From the NCBI RefSeq assembly GCF_009914755.1, contig NC_060932.1: a DNA stretch of 64,000 bases. The stretch is one strand, 5' to 3'. The translations under genes and the position numbers were made by a program. The DNA is from the human T2T-CHM13v2.0 reference genome, Homo sapiens. How positions within the stretch are numbered: position 1 is the stretch's first letter; every line of letters starts with the position of its first letter. The notes below the pieces were generated by a model that was given only the letters and a program-made list of their open reading frames with translations, had not been told where the DNA came from and searched no databases. This document shows positions 1 through 12,745 of the stretch, one piece after another.

Positions 1-128
1 AGCATTCGCAGAATCACGTTTGTGATGTGTGCACTCAACTGTCAGAATTGAACCTTGGTTTGGACAGAGCACTTTTGAAACACTCTTTTTGTAGAATCTG
101 CAGGTGGATATTTGGCTAGCTTTGAGGA

Positions 129-145
129 TTTCGTTGGAAACGGTA
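129..145 (+). promoter_or_regulatory. Degenerate CENP-B box in monomer a (TTTCGTTGGAAACGGTA), predicted non-binding; same position in most units
   Basis: Seen: CGGT instead of CGGG. Established: the nine-base core NTTCGNNNNANNCGGGN is required for CENP-B binding. Confidence 0.85.
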
Positions 146-171
146 ATGTCTTCAAAGAAAATCTAGACAGA

Positions 172-342
172 AGCATTCTCAGAAACACCTTCGTGATGTT
201 TGCAATCAAGTCACAGAGTTGAACCTTCCGTTTCATAGAGCAGGTTGGAAACACTCTTTTTGTAGTATCTGGAAGTGGACATTTGGAGGGCTTTGTAGCC
301 TATCTGGAAAAAGGAAATATCTTCCCATGAATGCGAGATAGA
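172..342 (+). repeat. Hybrid monomer b/f (5' part of b fused to 3' part of f), one per unit except the 11-mer
   Basis: 172-~260 matches monomer b (853 onward). 289-342 matches the monomer f tail (GGCTTTGTAGCCTATCTGG...ATGCGAGATAGA). The junction lies within the shared TGTAGTATCTGGAAGTGGACATTTGGAG (261-288). Confidence 0.9.
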
Positions 343-470
343 AGTAATCTCAGAAACATGTTTATGCTGTATCTACTCAACTAACTGTGCTGAACATTTC
401 TATTGATAGAGCAGTTTTGAGACACTCTTCTTTTGGAATCTGCAAGTGGATATTTGGATAGATTTGAGGA

Positions 471-487
471 TTTCGTTGGAAACGGGA
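471..487 (+). promoter_or_regulatory. CENP-B box (TTTCGTTGGAAACGGGA), representative; intact boxes in unit 1 also start at 810, 1151, 1489, 1827, 2165 and 2336
   Basis: Exact match to the 17-bp CENP-B box core. The box at 1489 ends in C but keeps all nine core bases. There are seven intact boxes per typical 15-mer, repeated in every unit. Confidence 0.95.
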
Positions 488-681
488 TTATATATAAAAA
501 GTAGACAGCAGCATTCTCAGAAACTTCTTTGTGATGTTTGCATCCAGCTCTCAGAGTTGAACATTCCCTTTCATAGAGTAGGTTTGAAACCCTCTTTTTA
601 TAGTGTCTGGAAGCGGGCATTTGGAGCGCTTTCAGGCCTATGCTTAAAATAGGAAATATCTACCTACAGAAACTAGACAGA

Positions 682-852
682 AGCATTCTGAGAATCACGT
701 TTGTGATGTGGGTACTCAACTAACAGTGTTGATCCATTCTTTTGATACAGCAGTTTTGAACCACACTTTTTGTAGAATCTGCAAGAGGATATTTGGATAG
801 CTGTGAGGATTTCGTTGGAAACGGGAATGTCTTCAAAGAAAATCTAGACAGA
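682..852 (+). repeat. Hybrid monomer i/a (5' part of i fused to 3' end of a), one per 8-mer
   Basis: 682-825 matches monomer i (2037 onward), including the CGGG box. 836-852 matches the a tail (AAGAAAATCTAGACAGA rather than i-type TAGAAAATTTAGACAGA), and monomer b follows. Confidence 0.88.
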
Positions 853-980
853 AGCATTCTCAGAAACACCTTCGTGATGTTTGCAATCAAGTCACAGAGT
901 TGAACCTTCCGTTTCATAGAGCAGGTTGGAAACACTCTTATTGTAGTATCTGGAAGTGGACATTTGGAGCGCTTTCAGGC

Positions 981-997
981 CTATGGTGAAAAAGGAA
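981..997 (+). promoter_or_regulatory. pJalpha (A-box) motif CTATGGTGAAAAAGGAA in A-type monomer b; also at 1318-1334 in monomer d
   Basis: It occupies the position homologous to the CENP-B box in A-type monomers and matches the known A-type consensus. Monomers f, h and k carry diverged versions (CTATCTGGAAAAAGGAA, CTATGCTGAAAAAGGAA, CTATGCTTAAAATAGGAA). Confidence 0.75.
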
Positions 998-2549
998 ATA
1001 TCTTCCCATAAAAACGACATAGAAGCTATCTCAGGAACTTGTTTATGATGCATCTAATCAACTAACAGTGTTGAACCTTTGTACTGACAGAGCAGTTTGA
1101 AACACTCTTTTTTTGGAATCTGCAAGTGGATATTTGGATCGCTTTGAGGATTTCGTTGGAAACGGGATGCAATATAAAACGTACACAGCAGCATACTCAG
1201 AAAATACTTTGCCATATTTCCATTCAAGTCACAGAGTGGAACATTCCCATTCATAGAGCAGGTTTGAAACACTCTTTTTGGAGTATCTGGAAGTGGACAT
1301 TTGGAGCGCTTTCTGAACTATGGTGAAAAAGGAAATATCTTCCAATGAAAACAAGACAGAAGCATTCTGAGAAACTTATTTGTGATGTGTGTCCTCAACA
1401 AACGGACTTGAACCTTTCGTTTCATGCAGTACTTCTGGAACACTCTTTTTGAAGATTCTGCATGCGGATATTTGGATTGCTTTGAGGATTTCGTTGGAAA
1501 CGGGCTTACATGTAAAAATTAGACAGCAGCATTCTCAGAAACTTCTTTGTGGTGTCTGCATTCAAGTCACAGAATTGAACTTCCCCTCACATAGAGCAGT
1601 TGTGCAGCACTCTATTTGTAGTATCTGGAAGTGGACATTTGGAGGGCTTTGTAGCCTATCTGGAAAAAGGAAATATCTTCCCATGAATGCGAGATAGAAG
1701 TAATCTCAGAAACATGTTTATGCTGTATCTACTCAACTAACTGTGCTGAACATTTCTATTGATAGAGCAGTTTTGAGACACTCTTCTTTTGGAATCTGCA
1801 AGTGGATATTTGGATAGATTTGAGGATTTCGTTGGAAACGGGATTATATATAAAAAGTAGACAGCAGCATTCTCAGAAACTTCTTTGTGATGTTTGCATC
1901 CAGCTCTCAGAGTTGAACATTCCCTTTCATAGAGTAGGTTTGAAACCCTCTTTTTATAGTGTCTGGAAGCGGGCATTTGGAGCGCTTTCAGGCCTATGCT
2001 GAAAAAGGAAATATCTACCTATAGAAACTAGACAGAAGCATTCTGAGAATCACGTTTGTGATGTGGGTACTCAACTAACAGTGTTGATCCATTCTTTTGA
2101 TACAGCAGTTTTGAACCACACTTTTTGTAGAATCTGCAAGTGGATATTTGGATAGCTGTGAGGATTTCGTTGGAAACGGGAATGTCTTCATAGAAAATTT
2201 AGACAGAAGCATTCTCAGAACCTTGATTGTGATGTGTGTTCTCCACTAACAGAGTTGAACCTTTCTTTTGACAGAACTGTTCTGAAACATTCTTTTTATA
2301 GAATCTGGAAGTGGATATTTGGAAAGCTTTGAGGATTTCGTTGGAAACGGGAATATCTTCAAATAAAATCTAGCCAGAAGCATTCTAAGAAACATCTTAG
2401 GGATGTTTACATTCAAGTCACAGAGTTGAACATTCCCTTTCACAGAGCAGGTTTGAAACAATCTTCTCGTACTATCTGGCAGTGGACATTTTGAGCTCCT
2501 TGGGGCCTATGCTGAAAAAGGAAATATCTTCCGAAAAAAACTAGACAGA

Positions 2550-5500
2550 AGCATTCGCAGAATCACGTTTGTGATGTGTGCACTCAACTGTCAGAATTGA
2601 ACCTTGGTTTGGACAGAGCACTTTTGAAACACTCTTTTTGTAGAATCTGCAGGTGGATATTTGGCTAGCTTTGAGGATTTCGTTGGAAACGGTAATGTCT
2701 TCAAAGAAAATCTAGACGGAAGCATTCTCAGAAACACCTTCGTGATGTTTGCAATCAAGTCACAGAGTTGAACCTTCCGTTTCATAGAGCAGGTTGGAAA
2801 CACTCTTTTTGTAGTATCTGGAAGTGGACATTTGGAGGGCTTTGTAGCCTATCTGGAAAAAGGAAATATCTTCCCATGAATGCGAGATAGAAGTAATCTC
2901 AGAAACATGTTTATGCTGTATCTACTCAACTAACTGTGCTGAACATTTCTATTGATAGAGCAGTTTTGAGACACTCTTCTTTTGGAATCTGCAAGTGGAT
3001 ATTTGGATAGATTTGAGGATTTCGTTGGAAACGGGATTATATATAAAAAGTAGACAGCAGCATTCTCAGAAACTTCTTTGTGATGTTTGCATCCAGCTCT
3101 CAGAGTTGAACATTCCCTTTCATAGAGTAGGTTTGAAACCCTCTTTTTATAGTGTCTGGAAGCGGGCATTTGGAGCGCTTTCAGGCCTATGCTTAAAATA
3201 GGAAATATCTACCTACAGAAACTAGACAGAAGCCTTCTGAGAATCACGTTTGTGATGTGGGTACTCAACTAACAGTGTTGATCCATTCTTTTGATACAGC
3301 AGTTTTGAACCACACTTTTTGTAGAATCTGCAAGAGGATATTTGGATAGCTGTGAGGATTTCGTTGGAAACGGGAATGTCTTCAAAGAAAATCTAGACAG
3401 AAGCATTCTCAGAAACACCTTCGTGATGTTTGCAATCAAGTCACAGAGTTGAACCTTCCGTTTCATAGAGCAGGTTGGAAACACTCTTTTTGTAGTATCT
3501 GGAAGTGGACATTTGGAGCGCTTTCAGGCCTATGGTGAAAAAGGAAATATCTTCCCATAAAAACGACATAGAAGCTATCTCAGGAACTTGTTTATGATGC
3601 ATCTAATCAACTAACAGTGTTGAACCTTTGTACTGACAGAGCAGTTTGAAACACTCTTTTTTTGGAATCTGCAAGTGGATATTTGGATCGCTTTGAGGAT
3701 TTCGTTGGAAACGGGATGCAATATAAAACGTACACAGCAGCATACTCAGAAAATACTTTGCCATATTTCCATTCAAGTCACAGAGTGGAAGATTCCCATT
3801 CATAGAGCAGGTTGGAAACACTCTTTTTGGAGTATCTGGAAGTGGACATTTGGAGCGCTTTCTGAACTATGGTGAAAAAGGAAATATCTTCCAATGAAAA
3901 CAAGACAGAAGCATTCTGAGAAACTTATTTGTGATGTGTGTCCTCAACAAACGGACTTGAACCTTTCGTTTCATGCAGTACTTCTGGAACACTCTTTTTG
4001 AAGATTCTGCATGCGGATATTTGGATAGCTTTGAGGATTTCGTTGGAAACGGGCTTACATGTAAAAATTAGACAGCAGCATTCTCAGAAACTTCTTTGTG
4101 GTGTCTGCATTCAAGTCACAGAATTGAACTTCCCCTCACATAGAGCAGTTGTGCAGCACTCTATTTGTAGTATCTGGAAGTGGACATTTGGAGGGCTTTG
4201 TAGCCTATCTGGAAAAAGGAAATATCTTCCCATGAATGCGAGATAGAAGTAATCTCAGAAACATGTTTATGCTGTATCTACTCAACTAACTGTGCTGAAC
4301 ATTTCTATTGATAGAGCAGTTTTGAGACACTCTTCTTTTGGAATCTGCAAGTGGATATTTGGATAGATTTGAGGATTTCGTTGGAAACGGGATTATATAT
4401 AAAAAGTAGACAGCAGCATTCTCAGAAACTTCTTTGTGATGTTTGCATCCAGCTCTCAGAGTTGAACATTCCCTTTCATAGAGTAGGTTTGAAACCCTCT
4501 TTTTATAGTGTCTGGAAGCGGGCATTTGGAGCGCTTTCAGGCCTATGCTGAAAAAGGAAATATCTACCTATAGAAACTAGACAGAAGCATTCTGAGAATC
4601 ACGTTTGTGATGTGGGTACTCAACTAACAGTGTTGATCCATTCTTTTGATACAGCAGTTTTGAACCACACTTTTTGTAGAATCTGCAAGTGGATATTTGG
4701 ATAGCTGTGAGGATTTCGTTGGAAACGGGAATGTCTTCATAGAAAATTTAGACAGAAGCATTCTCAGAACCTTGATTGTGATGTGTGTTCTCCACTAACA
4801 GAGTTGAACCTTTCTTTTGACAGAACTGTTCTGAAACATTCTTTTTATAGAATCTGGAAGTGGATATTTGGAAAGCTTTGAGGATTTCGTTGGAAACGGG
4901 AATATCTTCAAATCAAATCTAGCCAGAAGCATTCTAAGAAACATCTTAGGGATGTTTACATTCAAGTCACAGAGTTGAACATTCCCTTTCACAGAGCAGG
5001 TTTGAAACAATCTTCTCGTACTATCTGGCAGTGGACATTTTGAGCTCCTTGGGGCCTATGCTGAAAAAGGAAATATCTTCCGACAAAAACTAGACAGAAG
5101 CATTCGCAGAATCACGTTTGTGATGTGTGCACTCAACTGTCAGAATTGAACCTTGGTTTGGACAGAGCACTTTTGAAACACTCTTTTTGTAGAATCTGCA
5201 GGTGGATATTTGGCTAGCTTTGAGGATTTCGTTGGAAACGGTAATGTCTTCAAAGAAAATCTAGACAGAAGCATTCTCAGAAACACCTTCGTGATGTTTG
5301 CAATCAAGTCACAGAGTTGAACCTTCCGTTTCATAGAGCAGGTTGGAAACACTCTTTTTGTAGTATCTGGAAGTGGACATTTGGAGGGCTTTGTAGCCTA
5401 TCTGGAAAAAGGAAATATCTTCCCATGAATGCGAGATAGAAGTAATCTCAGAAACATGTTTATGCTGTATCTACTCAACTAACTGTGCTGAACATTTCTA

Positions 5501-8500
5501 TTGATAGAGCAGTTTTGAGACACTCTTCTTTTGGAATCTGCAAGTGGATATTTGGATAGATTTGAGGATTTCGTTGGAAACGGGATTATATATAAAAAGT
5601 AGACAGCAGCATTCTCAGAAACTTCTTTGTGATGTTTGCATCCAGCTCTCAGAGTTGAACATTCCCTTTCATAGAGTAGGTTTGAAACCCTCTTTTTATA
5701 GTGTCTGGAAGCGGGCATTTGGAGCGCTTTCAGGCCTATGCTTAAAATAGGAAATATCTACCTACAGAAACTAGACAGAAGCCTTCTGAGAATCACGTTT
5801 GTGATGTGGGTACTCAACTAACAGTGTTGATCCATTCTTTTGATACAGCAGTTTTGAACCACACTTTTTGTAGAATCTGCAAGAGGATATTTGGATAGCT
5901 GTGAGGATTTCGTTGGAAACGGGAATGTCTTCAAAGAAAATCTAGACAGAAGCATTCTCAGAAACACCTTCGTGATGTTTGCAATCAAGTCACAGAGTTG
6001 AACCTTCCGTTTCATAGAGCAGGTTGGAAACACTCTTTTTGTAGTATCTGGAAGTGGACATTTGGAGCGCTTTCAGGCCTATGGTGAAAAAGGAAATATC
6101 TTCCCATAAAAACGACATAGAAGCTATCTCAGGAACTTGTTTATGATGCATCTAATCAACTAACAGTGTTGAACCTTTGTACTGACAGAGCAGTTTGAAA
6201 CACTCTTTTTTTGGAATCTGCAAGTGGATATTTGGATCGCTTTGAGGATTTCGTTGGAAACGGGATGCAATATAAAACGTACACAGCAGCATACTCAGAA
6301 AATACTTTGCCATATTTCCATTCAAGTCACAGAGTGGAACATTCCCATTCATAGAGCAGGTTGGAAACACTCTTTTTGGAGTATCTGGAAGTGGACATTT
6401 GGAGCGCTTTCTGAACTATGGTGAAAAAGGAAATATCTTCCAATGAAAACAAGACAGAAGCATTCTGAGAAACTTATTTGTGATGTGTGTCCTCAACAAA
6501 CGGACTTGAACCTTTCGTTTCATGCAGTACTTCTGGAACACTCTTTTTGAAGATTCTGCATGCGGATATTTGGATAGCTTTGAGGATTTCGTTGGAAACG
6601 GGCTTACATGTAAAAATTAGACAGCAGCATTCTCAGAAACTTCTTTGTGGTGTCTGCATTCAAGTCACAGAATTGAACTTCCCCTCACATAGAGCAGTTG
6701 TGCAGCACTCTATTTGTAGTATCTGGAAGTGGACATTTGGAGGGCTTTGTAGCCTATCTGGAAAAAGGAAATATCTTCCCATGAATGCGAGATAGAAGTA
6801 ATCTCAGAAACATGTTTATGCTGTATCTACTCAACTAACTGTGCTGAACATTTCTATTGATAGAGCAGTTTTGAGACACTCTTCTTTTGGAATCTGCAAG
6901 TGGATATTTGGATAGATTTGAGGATTTCGTTGGAAACGGGATTATATATAAAAAGTAGACAGCAGCATTCTCAGAAACTTCTTTGTGATGTTTGCATCCA
7001 GCTCTCAGAGTTGAACATTCCCTTTCATAGAGTAGGTTTGAAACCCTCTTTTTATAGTGTCTGGAAGCGGGCATTTGGAGCGCTTTCAGGCCTATGCTGA
7101 AAAAGGAAATATCTACCTATAGAAACTAGACAGAAGCATTCTGAGAATCACGTTTGTGATGTGGGTACTCAACTAACAGTGTTGATCCATTCTTTTGATA
7201 CAGCAGTTTTGAACCACACTTTTTGTAGAATCTGCAAGTGGATATTTGGATAGCTGTGAGGATTTCGTTGGAAACGGGAATGTCTTCATAGAAAATTTAG
7301 ACAGAAGCATTCTCAGAACCTTGATTGTGATGTGTGTTCTCCACTAACAGAGTTGAACCTTTCTTTTGACAGAACTGTTCTGAAACATTCTTTTTATAGA
7401 ATCTGGAAGTGGATATTTGGAAAGCTTTGAGGATTTCGTTGGAAACGGGAATATCTTCAAATCAAATCTAGCCAGAAGCATTCTAAGAAACATCTTAGGG
7501 ATGTTTACATTCAAGTCACAGAGTTGAACATTCCCTTTCACAGAGCAGGTTTGAAACAATCTTCTCGTACTATCTGGCAGTGGACATTTTGAGCTCCTTG
7601 GGGCCTATGCTGAAAAAGGAAATATCTTCCGACAAAAACTAGACGGAAGCATTCGCAGAATCACGTTTGTGATGTGTGCACTCAACTGTCAGAATTGAAC
7701 CTTGGTTTGGACAGAGCACTTTTGAAACACTCTTTTTGTAGAATCTGCAGGTGGATATTTGGCTAGCTTTGAGGATTTCGTTGGAAACGGTAATGTCTTC
7801 AAAGAAAATCTAGACAGAAGCATTCTCAGAAACACCTTCGTGATGTTTGCAATCAAGTCACAGAGTTGAACCTTCCGTTTCATAGAGCAGGTTGGAAACA
7901 CTCTTTTTGTAGTATCTGGAAGTGGACATTTGGAGGGCTTTGTAGCCTATCTGGAAAAAGGAAATATCTTCCCATGAATGCGAGATAGAAGTAATCTCAG
8001 AAACATGTTTATGCTGTATCTACTCAACTAACTGTGCTGAACATTTCTATTGATAGAGCAGTTTTGAGACACTCTTCTTTTGGAATCTGCAAGTGGATAT
8101 TTGGATAGATTTGAGGATTTCGTTGGAAACGGGATTATATATAAAAAGTAGACAGCAGCATTCTCAGAAACTTCTTTGTGATGTTTGCATCCAGCTCTCA
8201 GAGTTGAACATTCCCTTTCATAGAGTAGGTTTGAAACCCTCTTTTTATAGTGTCTGGAAGCGGGCATTTGGAGCGCTTTCAGGCCTATGCTTAAAATAGG
8301 AAATATCTACCTACAGAAACTAGACAGAAGCATTCTGAGAATCACGTTTGTGATGTGGGTACTCAACTAACAGTGTTGATCCATTCTTTTGATACAGCAG
8401 TTTTGAACCACACTTTTTGTAGAATCTGCAAGAGGATATTTGGATAGCTGTGAGGATTTCGTTGGAAACGGGAATGTCTTCAAAGAAAATCTAGACAGAA

Positions 8501-11500
8501 GCATTCTCAGAAACACCTTCGTGATGTTTGCAATCAAGTCACAGAGTTGAACCTTCCGTTTCATAGAGCAGGTTGGAAACACTCTTATTGTAGTATCTGG
8601 AAGTGGACATTTGGAGCGCTTTCAGGCCTATGGTGAAAAAGGAAATATCTTCCCATAAAAACGACATAGAAGCTATCTCAGGAACTTGTTTATGATGCAT
8701 CTAATCAACTAACAGTGTTGAACCTTTGTACTGACAGAGCAGTTTGAAACACTCTTTTTTTGGAATCTGCAAGTGGATATTTGGATCGCTTTGAGGATTT
8801 CGTTGGAAACGGGATGCAATATAAAACGTACACAGCAGCATACTCAGAAAATACTTTGCCATATTTCCATTCAAGTCACAGAGTGGAACATTCCCATTCA
8901 TAGAGCAGGTTTGAAACACTCTTTTTGGAGTATCTGGAAGTGGACATTTGGAGCGCTTTCTGAACTATGGTGAAAAAGGAAATATCTTCCAATGAAAACA
9001 AGACAGAAGCATTCTGAGAAACTTATTTGTGATGTGTGTCCTCAACAAACGGACTTGAACCTTTCGTTTCATGCAGTACTTCTGGAACACTCTTTTTGAA
9101 GATTCTGCATGCGGATATTTGGATTGCTTTGAGGATTTCGTTGGAAACGGGCTTACATGTAAAAATTAGACAGCAGCATTCTCAGAAACTTCTTTGTGGT
9201 GTCTGCATTCAAGTCACAGAATTGAACTTCCCCTCACATAGAGCAGTTGTGCAGCACTCTATTTGTAGTATCTGGAAGTGGACATTTGGAGGGCTTTGTA
9301 GCCTATCTGGAAAAAGGAAATATCTTCCCAAGAATGCGAGATAGAAGTAATCTCAGAAACATGTTTATGCTGTATCTACTCAACTAACTGTGCTGAACAT
9401 TTCTATTGATAGAGCAGTTTTGAGACACTCTTCTTTTGGAATCTGCAAGTGGATATTTGGATAGATTTGAGGATTTCGTTGGAAACGGGATTATATATAA
9501 AAAGTAGACAGCAGCATTCTCAGAAACTTCTTTGTGATGTTTGCATCCAGCTCTCAGAGTTGAACATTCCCTTTCATAGAGTAGGTTTGAAACCCTCTTT
9601 TTATAGTGTCTGGAAGCGGGCATTTGGAGCGCTTTCAGGCCTATGCTGAAAAAGGAAATATCTACCTATAGAAACTAGACAGAAGCATTCTAAGAATCAC
9701 GTTTGTGATGTGGGTACTCAACTAACAGTGTTGATCCATTCTTTTGATACAGCAGTTTTGAACCACACTTTTTGTAGAATCTGCAAGTGGATATTTGGAT
9801 AGCTGTGAGGATTTCGTTGGAAACGGGAATGTCTTCATAGAAAATTTAGACAGAAGCATTCTCAGAACCTTGATTGTGATGTGTGTTCTCCACTAACAGA
9901 GTTGAACCTTTCTTTTGACAGAACTGTTCTGAAACATTCTTTTTATAGAATCTGGAAGTGGATATTTGGAAAGCTTTGAGGATTTCGTTGGAAACGGGAA
10001 TATCTTCAAATAAAATCTAGCCAGAAGCATTCTAAGAAACATCTTAGGGATGTTTACATTCAAGTCACAGAGTTGAACATTCCCTTTCACAGAGCAGGTT
10101 TGAAACAATCTTCTCGTACTATCTGGCAGTGGACATTTTGAGCTCCTTGGGGCCTATGCTGAAAAAGGAAATATCTTCCGACAAAAACTAGACAGAAGCA
10201 TTCGCAGAATCACGTTTGTGATGTGTGCACTCAACTGTCAGAATTGAACCTTGGTTTGGACAGAGCACTTTTGAAACACTCTTTTTGTAGAATCTGCAGG
10301 TGGATATTTGGCTAGCTTTGAGGATTTCGTTGGAAACGGTAATGTCTTCAAAGAAAATCTAGACGGAAGCATTCTCAGAAACACCTTCGTGATGTTTGCA
10401 ATCAAGTCACAGAGTTGAACCTTCCGTTTCATAGAGCAGGTTGGAAACACTCTTTTTGTAGTATCTGGAAGTGGACATTTGGAGGGCTTTGTAGCCTATC
10501 TGGAAAAAGGAAATATCTTCCCATGAATGCGAGATAGAAGTAATCTCAGAAACATGTTTATGCTGTATCTACTCAACTAACTGTGCTGAACATTTCTATT
10601 GATAGAGCAGTTTTGAGACACTCTTCTTTTGGAATCTGCAAGTGGATATTTGGATAGATTTGAGGATTTCGTTGGAAACGGGATTATATATAAAAAGTAG
10701 ACAGCAGCATTCTCAGAAACTTCTTTGTGATGTTTGCATCCAGCTCTCAGAGTTGAACATTCCCTTTCATAGAGTAGGTTTGAAACCCTCTTTTTATAGT
10801 GTCTGGAAGCGGGCATTTGGAGCGCTTTCAGGCCTATGCTTAAAATAGGAAATATCTACCTACAGAAACTAGACAGAAGCCTTCTGAGAATCACGTTTGT
10901 GATGTGGGTACTCAACTAACAGTGTTGATCCATTCTTTTGATACAGCAGTTTTGAACCACACTTTTTGTAGAATCTGCAAGAGGATATTTGGATAGCTGT
11001 GAGGATTTCGTTGGAAACGGGAATGTCTTCAAAGAAAATCTAGACAGAAGCATTCTCAGAAACACCTTCGTGATGTTTGCAATCAAGTCACAGAGTTGAA
11101 CCTTCCGTTTCATAGAGCAGGTTGGAAACACTCTTTTTGTAGTATCTGGAAGTGGACATTTGGAGCGCTTTCAGGCCTATGGTGAAAAAGGAAATATCTT
11201 CCCATAAAAACGACATAGAAGCTATCTCAGGAACTTGTTTATGATGCATCTAATCAACTAACAGTGTTGAACCTTTGTACTGACAGAGCAGTTTGAAACA
11301 CTCTTTTTTTGGAATCTGCAAGTGGATATTTGGATCGCTTTGAGGATTTCGTTGGAAACGGGATGCAATATAAAACGTACACAGCAGCATACTCAGAAAA
11401 TACTTTGCCATATTTCCATTCAAGTCACAGAGTGGAACATTCCCATTCATAGAGCAGGTTGGAAACACTCTTTTTGGAGTATCTGGAAGTGGACATTTGG

Positions 11501-12745
11501 AGCGCTTTCTGAACTATGGTGAAAAAGGAAATATCTTCCAATGAAAACAAGACAGAAGCATTCTGAGAAACTTATTTGTGATGTGTGTCCTCAACAAACG
11601 GACTTGAACCTTTCGTTTCATGCAGTACTTCTGGAACACTCTTTTTGAAGATTCTGCATGCGGATATTTGGATAGCTTTGAGGATTTCGTTGGAAACGGG
11701 CTTACATGTAAAAATTAGACAGCAGCATTCTCAGAAACTTCTTTGTGGTGTCTGCATTCAAGTCACAGAATTGAACATCCCCTCACATAGAGCAGTTGTG
11801 CAGCACTCTATTTGTAGTATCTCGAAGTGGACATTTGGAGGGCTTTGTAGCCTATCTGGAAAAAGGAAATATCTTCCCATGAATGCGAGATAGAAGTAAT
11901 CTCAGAAACATGTTTATGCTGTATCTACTCAACTAACTGTGCTGAACATTTCTATTGATAGAGCAGTTTTGAGACACTCTTCTTTTGGAATCTGCAAGTG
12001 GATATTTGGATAGATTTGAGGATTTCGTTGGAAACGGGATTATATATAAAAAGTAGACAGCAGCATTCTCAGAAACTTCTTTGTGATGTTTGCATCCAGC
12101 TCTCAGAGTTGAACATTCCCTTTCATAGAGTAGGTTTGAAACCCTCTTTTTATAGTGTCTGGAAGCGGGCATTTGGAGCGCTTTCAGGCCTATGCTGAAA
12201 AAGGAAATATCTACCTATAGAAACTAGACAGAAGCATTCTGAGAATCACGTTTGTGATGTGGGTACTCAACTAACAGTGTTGATCCATTCTTTTGATACA
12301 GCAGTTTTGAACCACACTTTTTGTAGAATCTGCAAGTGGATATTTGGATAGCTGTGAGGATTTCGTTGGAAACGGGAATGTCTTCATAGAAAATTTAGAC
12401 AGAAGCATTCTCAGAACCTTGATTGTGATGTGTGTTCTCCACTAACAGAGTTGAACCTTTCTTTTGACAGAACTGTTCTGAAACATTCTTTTTATAGAAT
12501 CTGGAAGTGGATATTTGGAAAGCTTTGAGGATTTCGTTGGAAACGGGAATATCTTCAAATCAAATCTAGCCAGAAGCATTCTAAGAAACATCTTAGGGAT
12601 GTTTACATTCAAGTCACAGAGTTGAACATTCCCTTTCACAGAGCAGGTTTGAAACAATCTTCTCGTACTATCTGGCAGTGGACATTTTGAGCTCCTTGGG
12701 GCCTATGCTGAAAAAGGAAATATCTTCCGACAAAAACTAGACAGA
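2550..12745 (+). repeat. Four further tandem 15-mer HORs (starts 2550, 5099, 7648, 10197; each 2549 bp)
   Basis: The AGCATTCGCAG anchor and the ORF-track pattern recur exactly every 2549 bp. Confidence 0.95.

Larger units (their letters stand above)
1..2549 (+). repeat. Prototype 15-mer HOR (2549 bp): a, b/f, g, h, i/a, b, c, d, e, f, g, h, i, j, k
   Basis: Monomer starts read at 1, 172, 343, 510, 682, 853, 1024, 1190, 1361, 1528, 1699, 1866, 2037, 2208, 2379; the next unit starts at 2550. Monomers at 343/510 recur near-identically at 1699/1866 (offset 1356). Single HindIII site (AAGCTT) at 2324-2329 and PstI site at 98-103. Confidence 0.95.

Noticed and set aside
489-500. TATA-like TATATATAAAAA next to the CENP-B box in monomer g
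   Set aside because: It is a fixed AT-rich feature of a satellite monomer present in dozens of copies. Nothing in the sequence supports promoter function.
343-1865. Short 166-167 bp monomers (g, c, e) as novel deletions
   Set aside because: They are fixed in all units and share the same ~4 bp shortening just after the box. This is an ancestral dimer feature of this alphoid family, not a local event.
471-2352. CRISPR-like regularly spaced conserved motif GAGGATTTCGTTGGAAACGG
   Set aside because: The intervening sequences are ~150-320 bp homologous satellite rather than unique spacers, and there are no cas genes. The motif is the CENP-B box.
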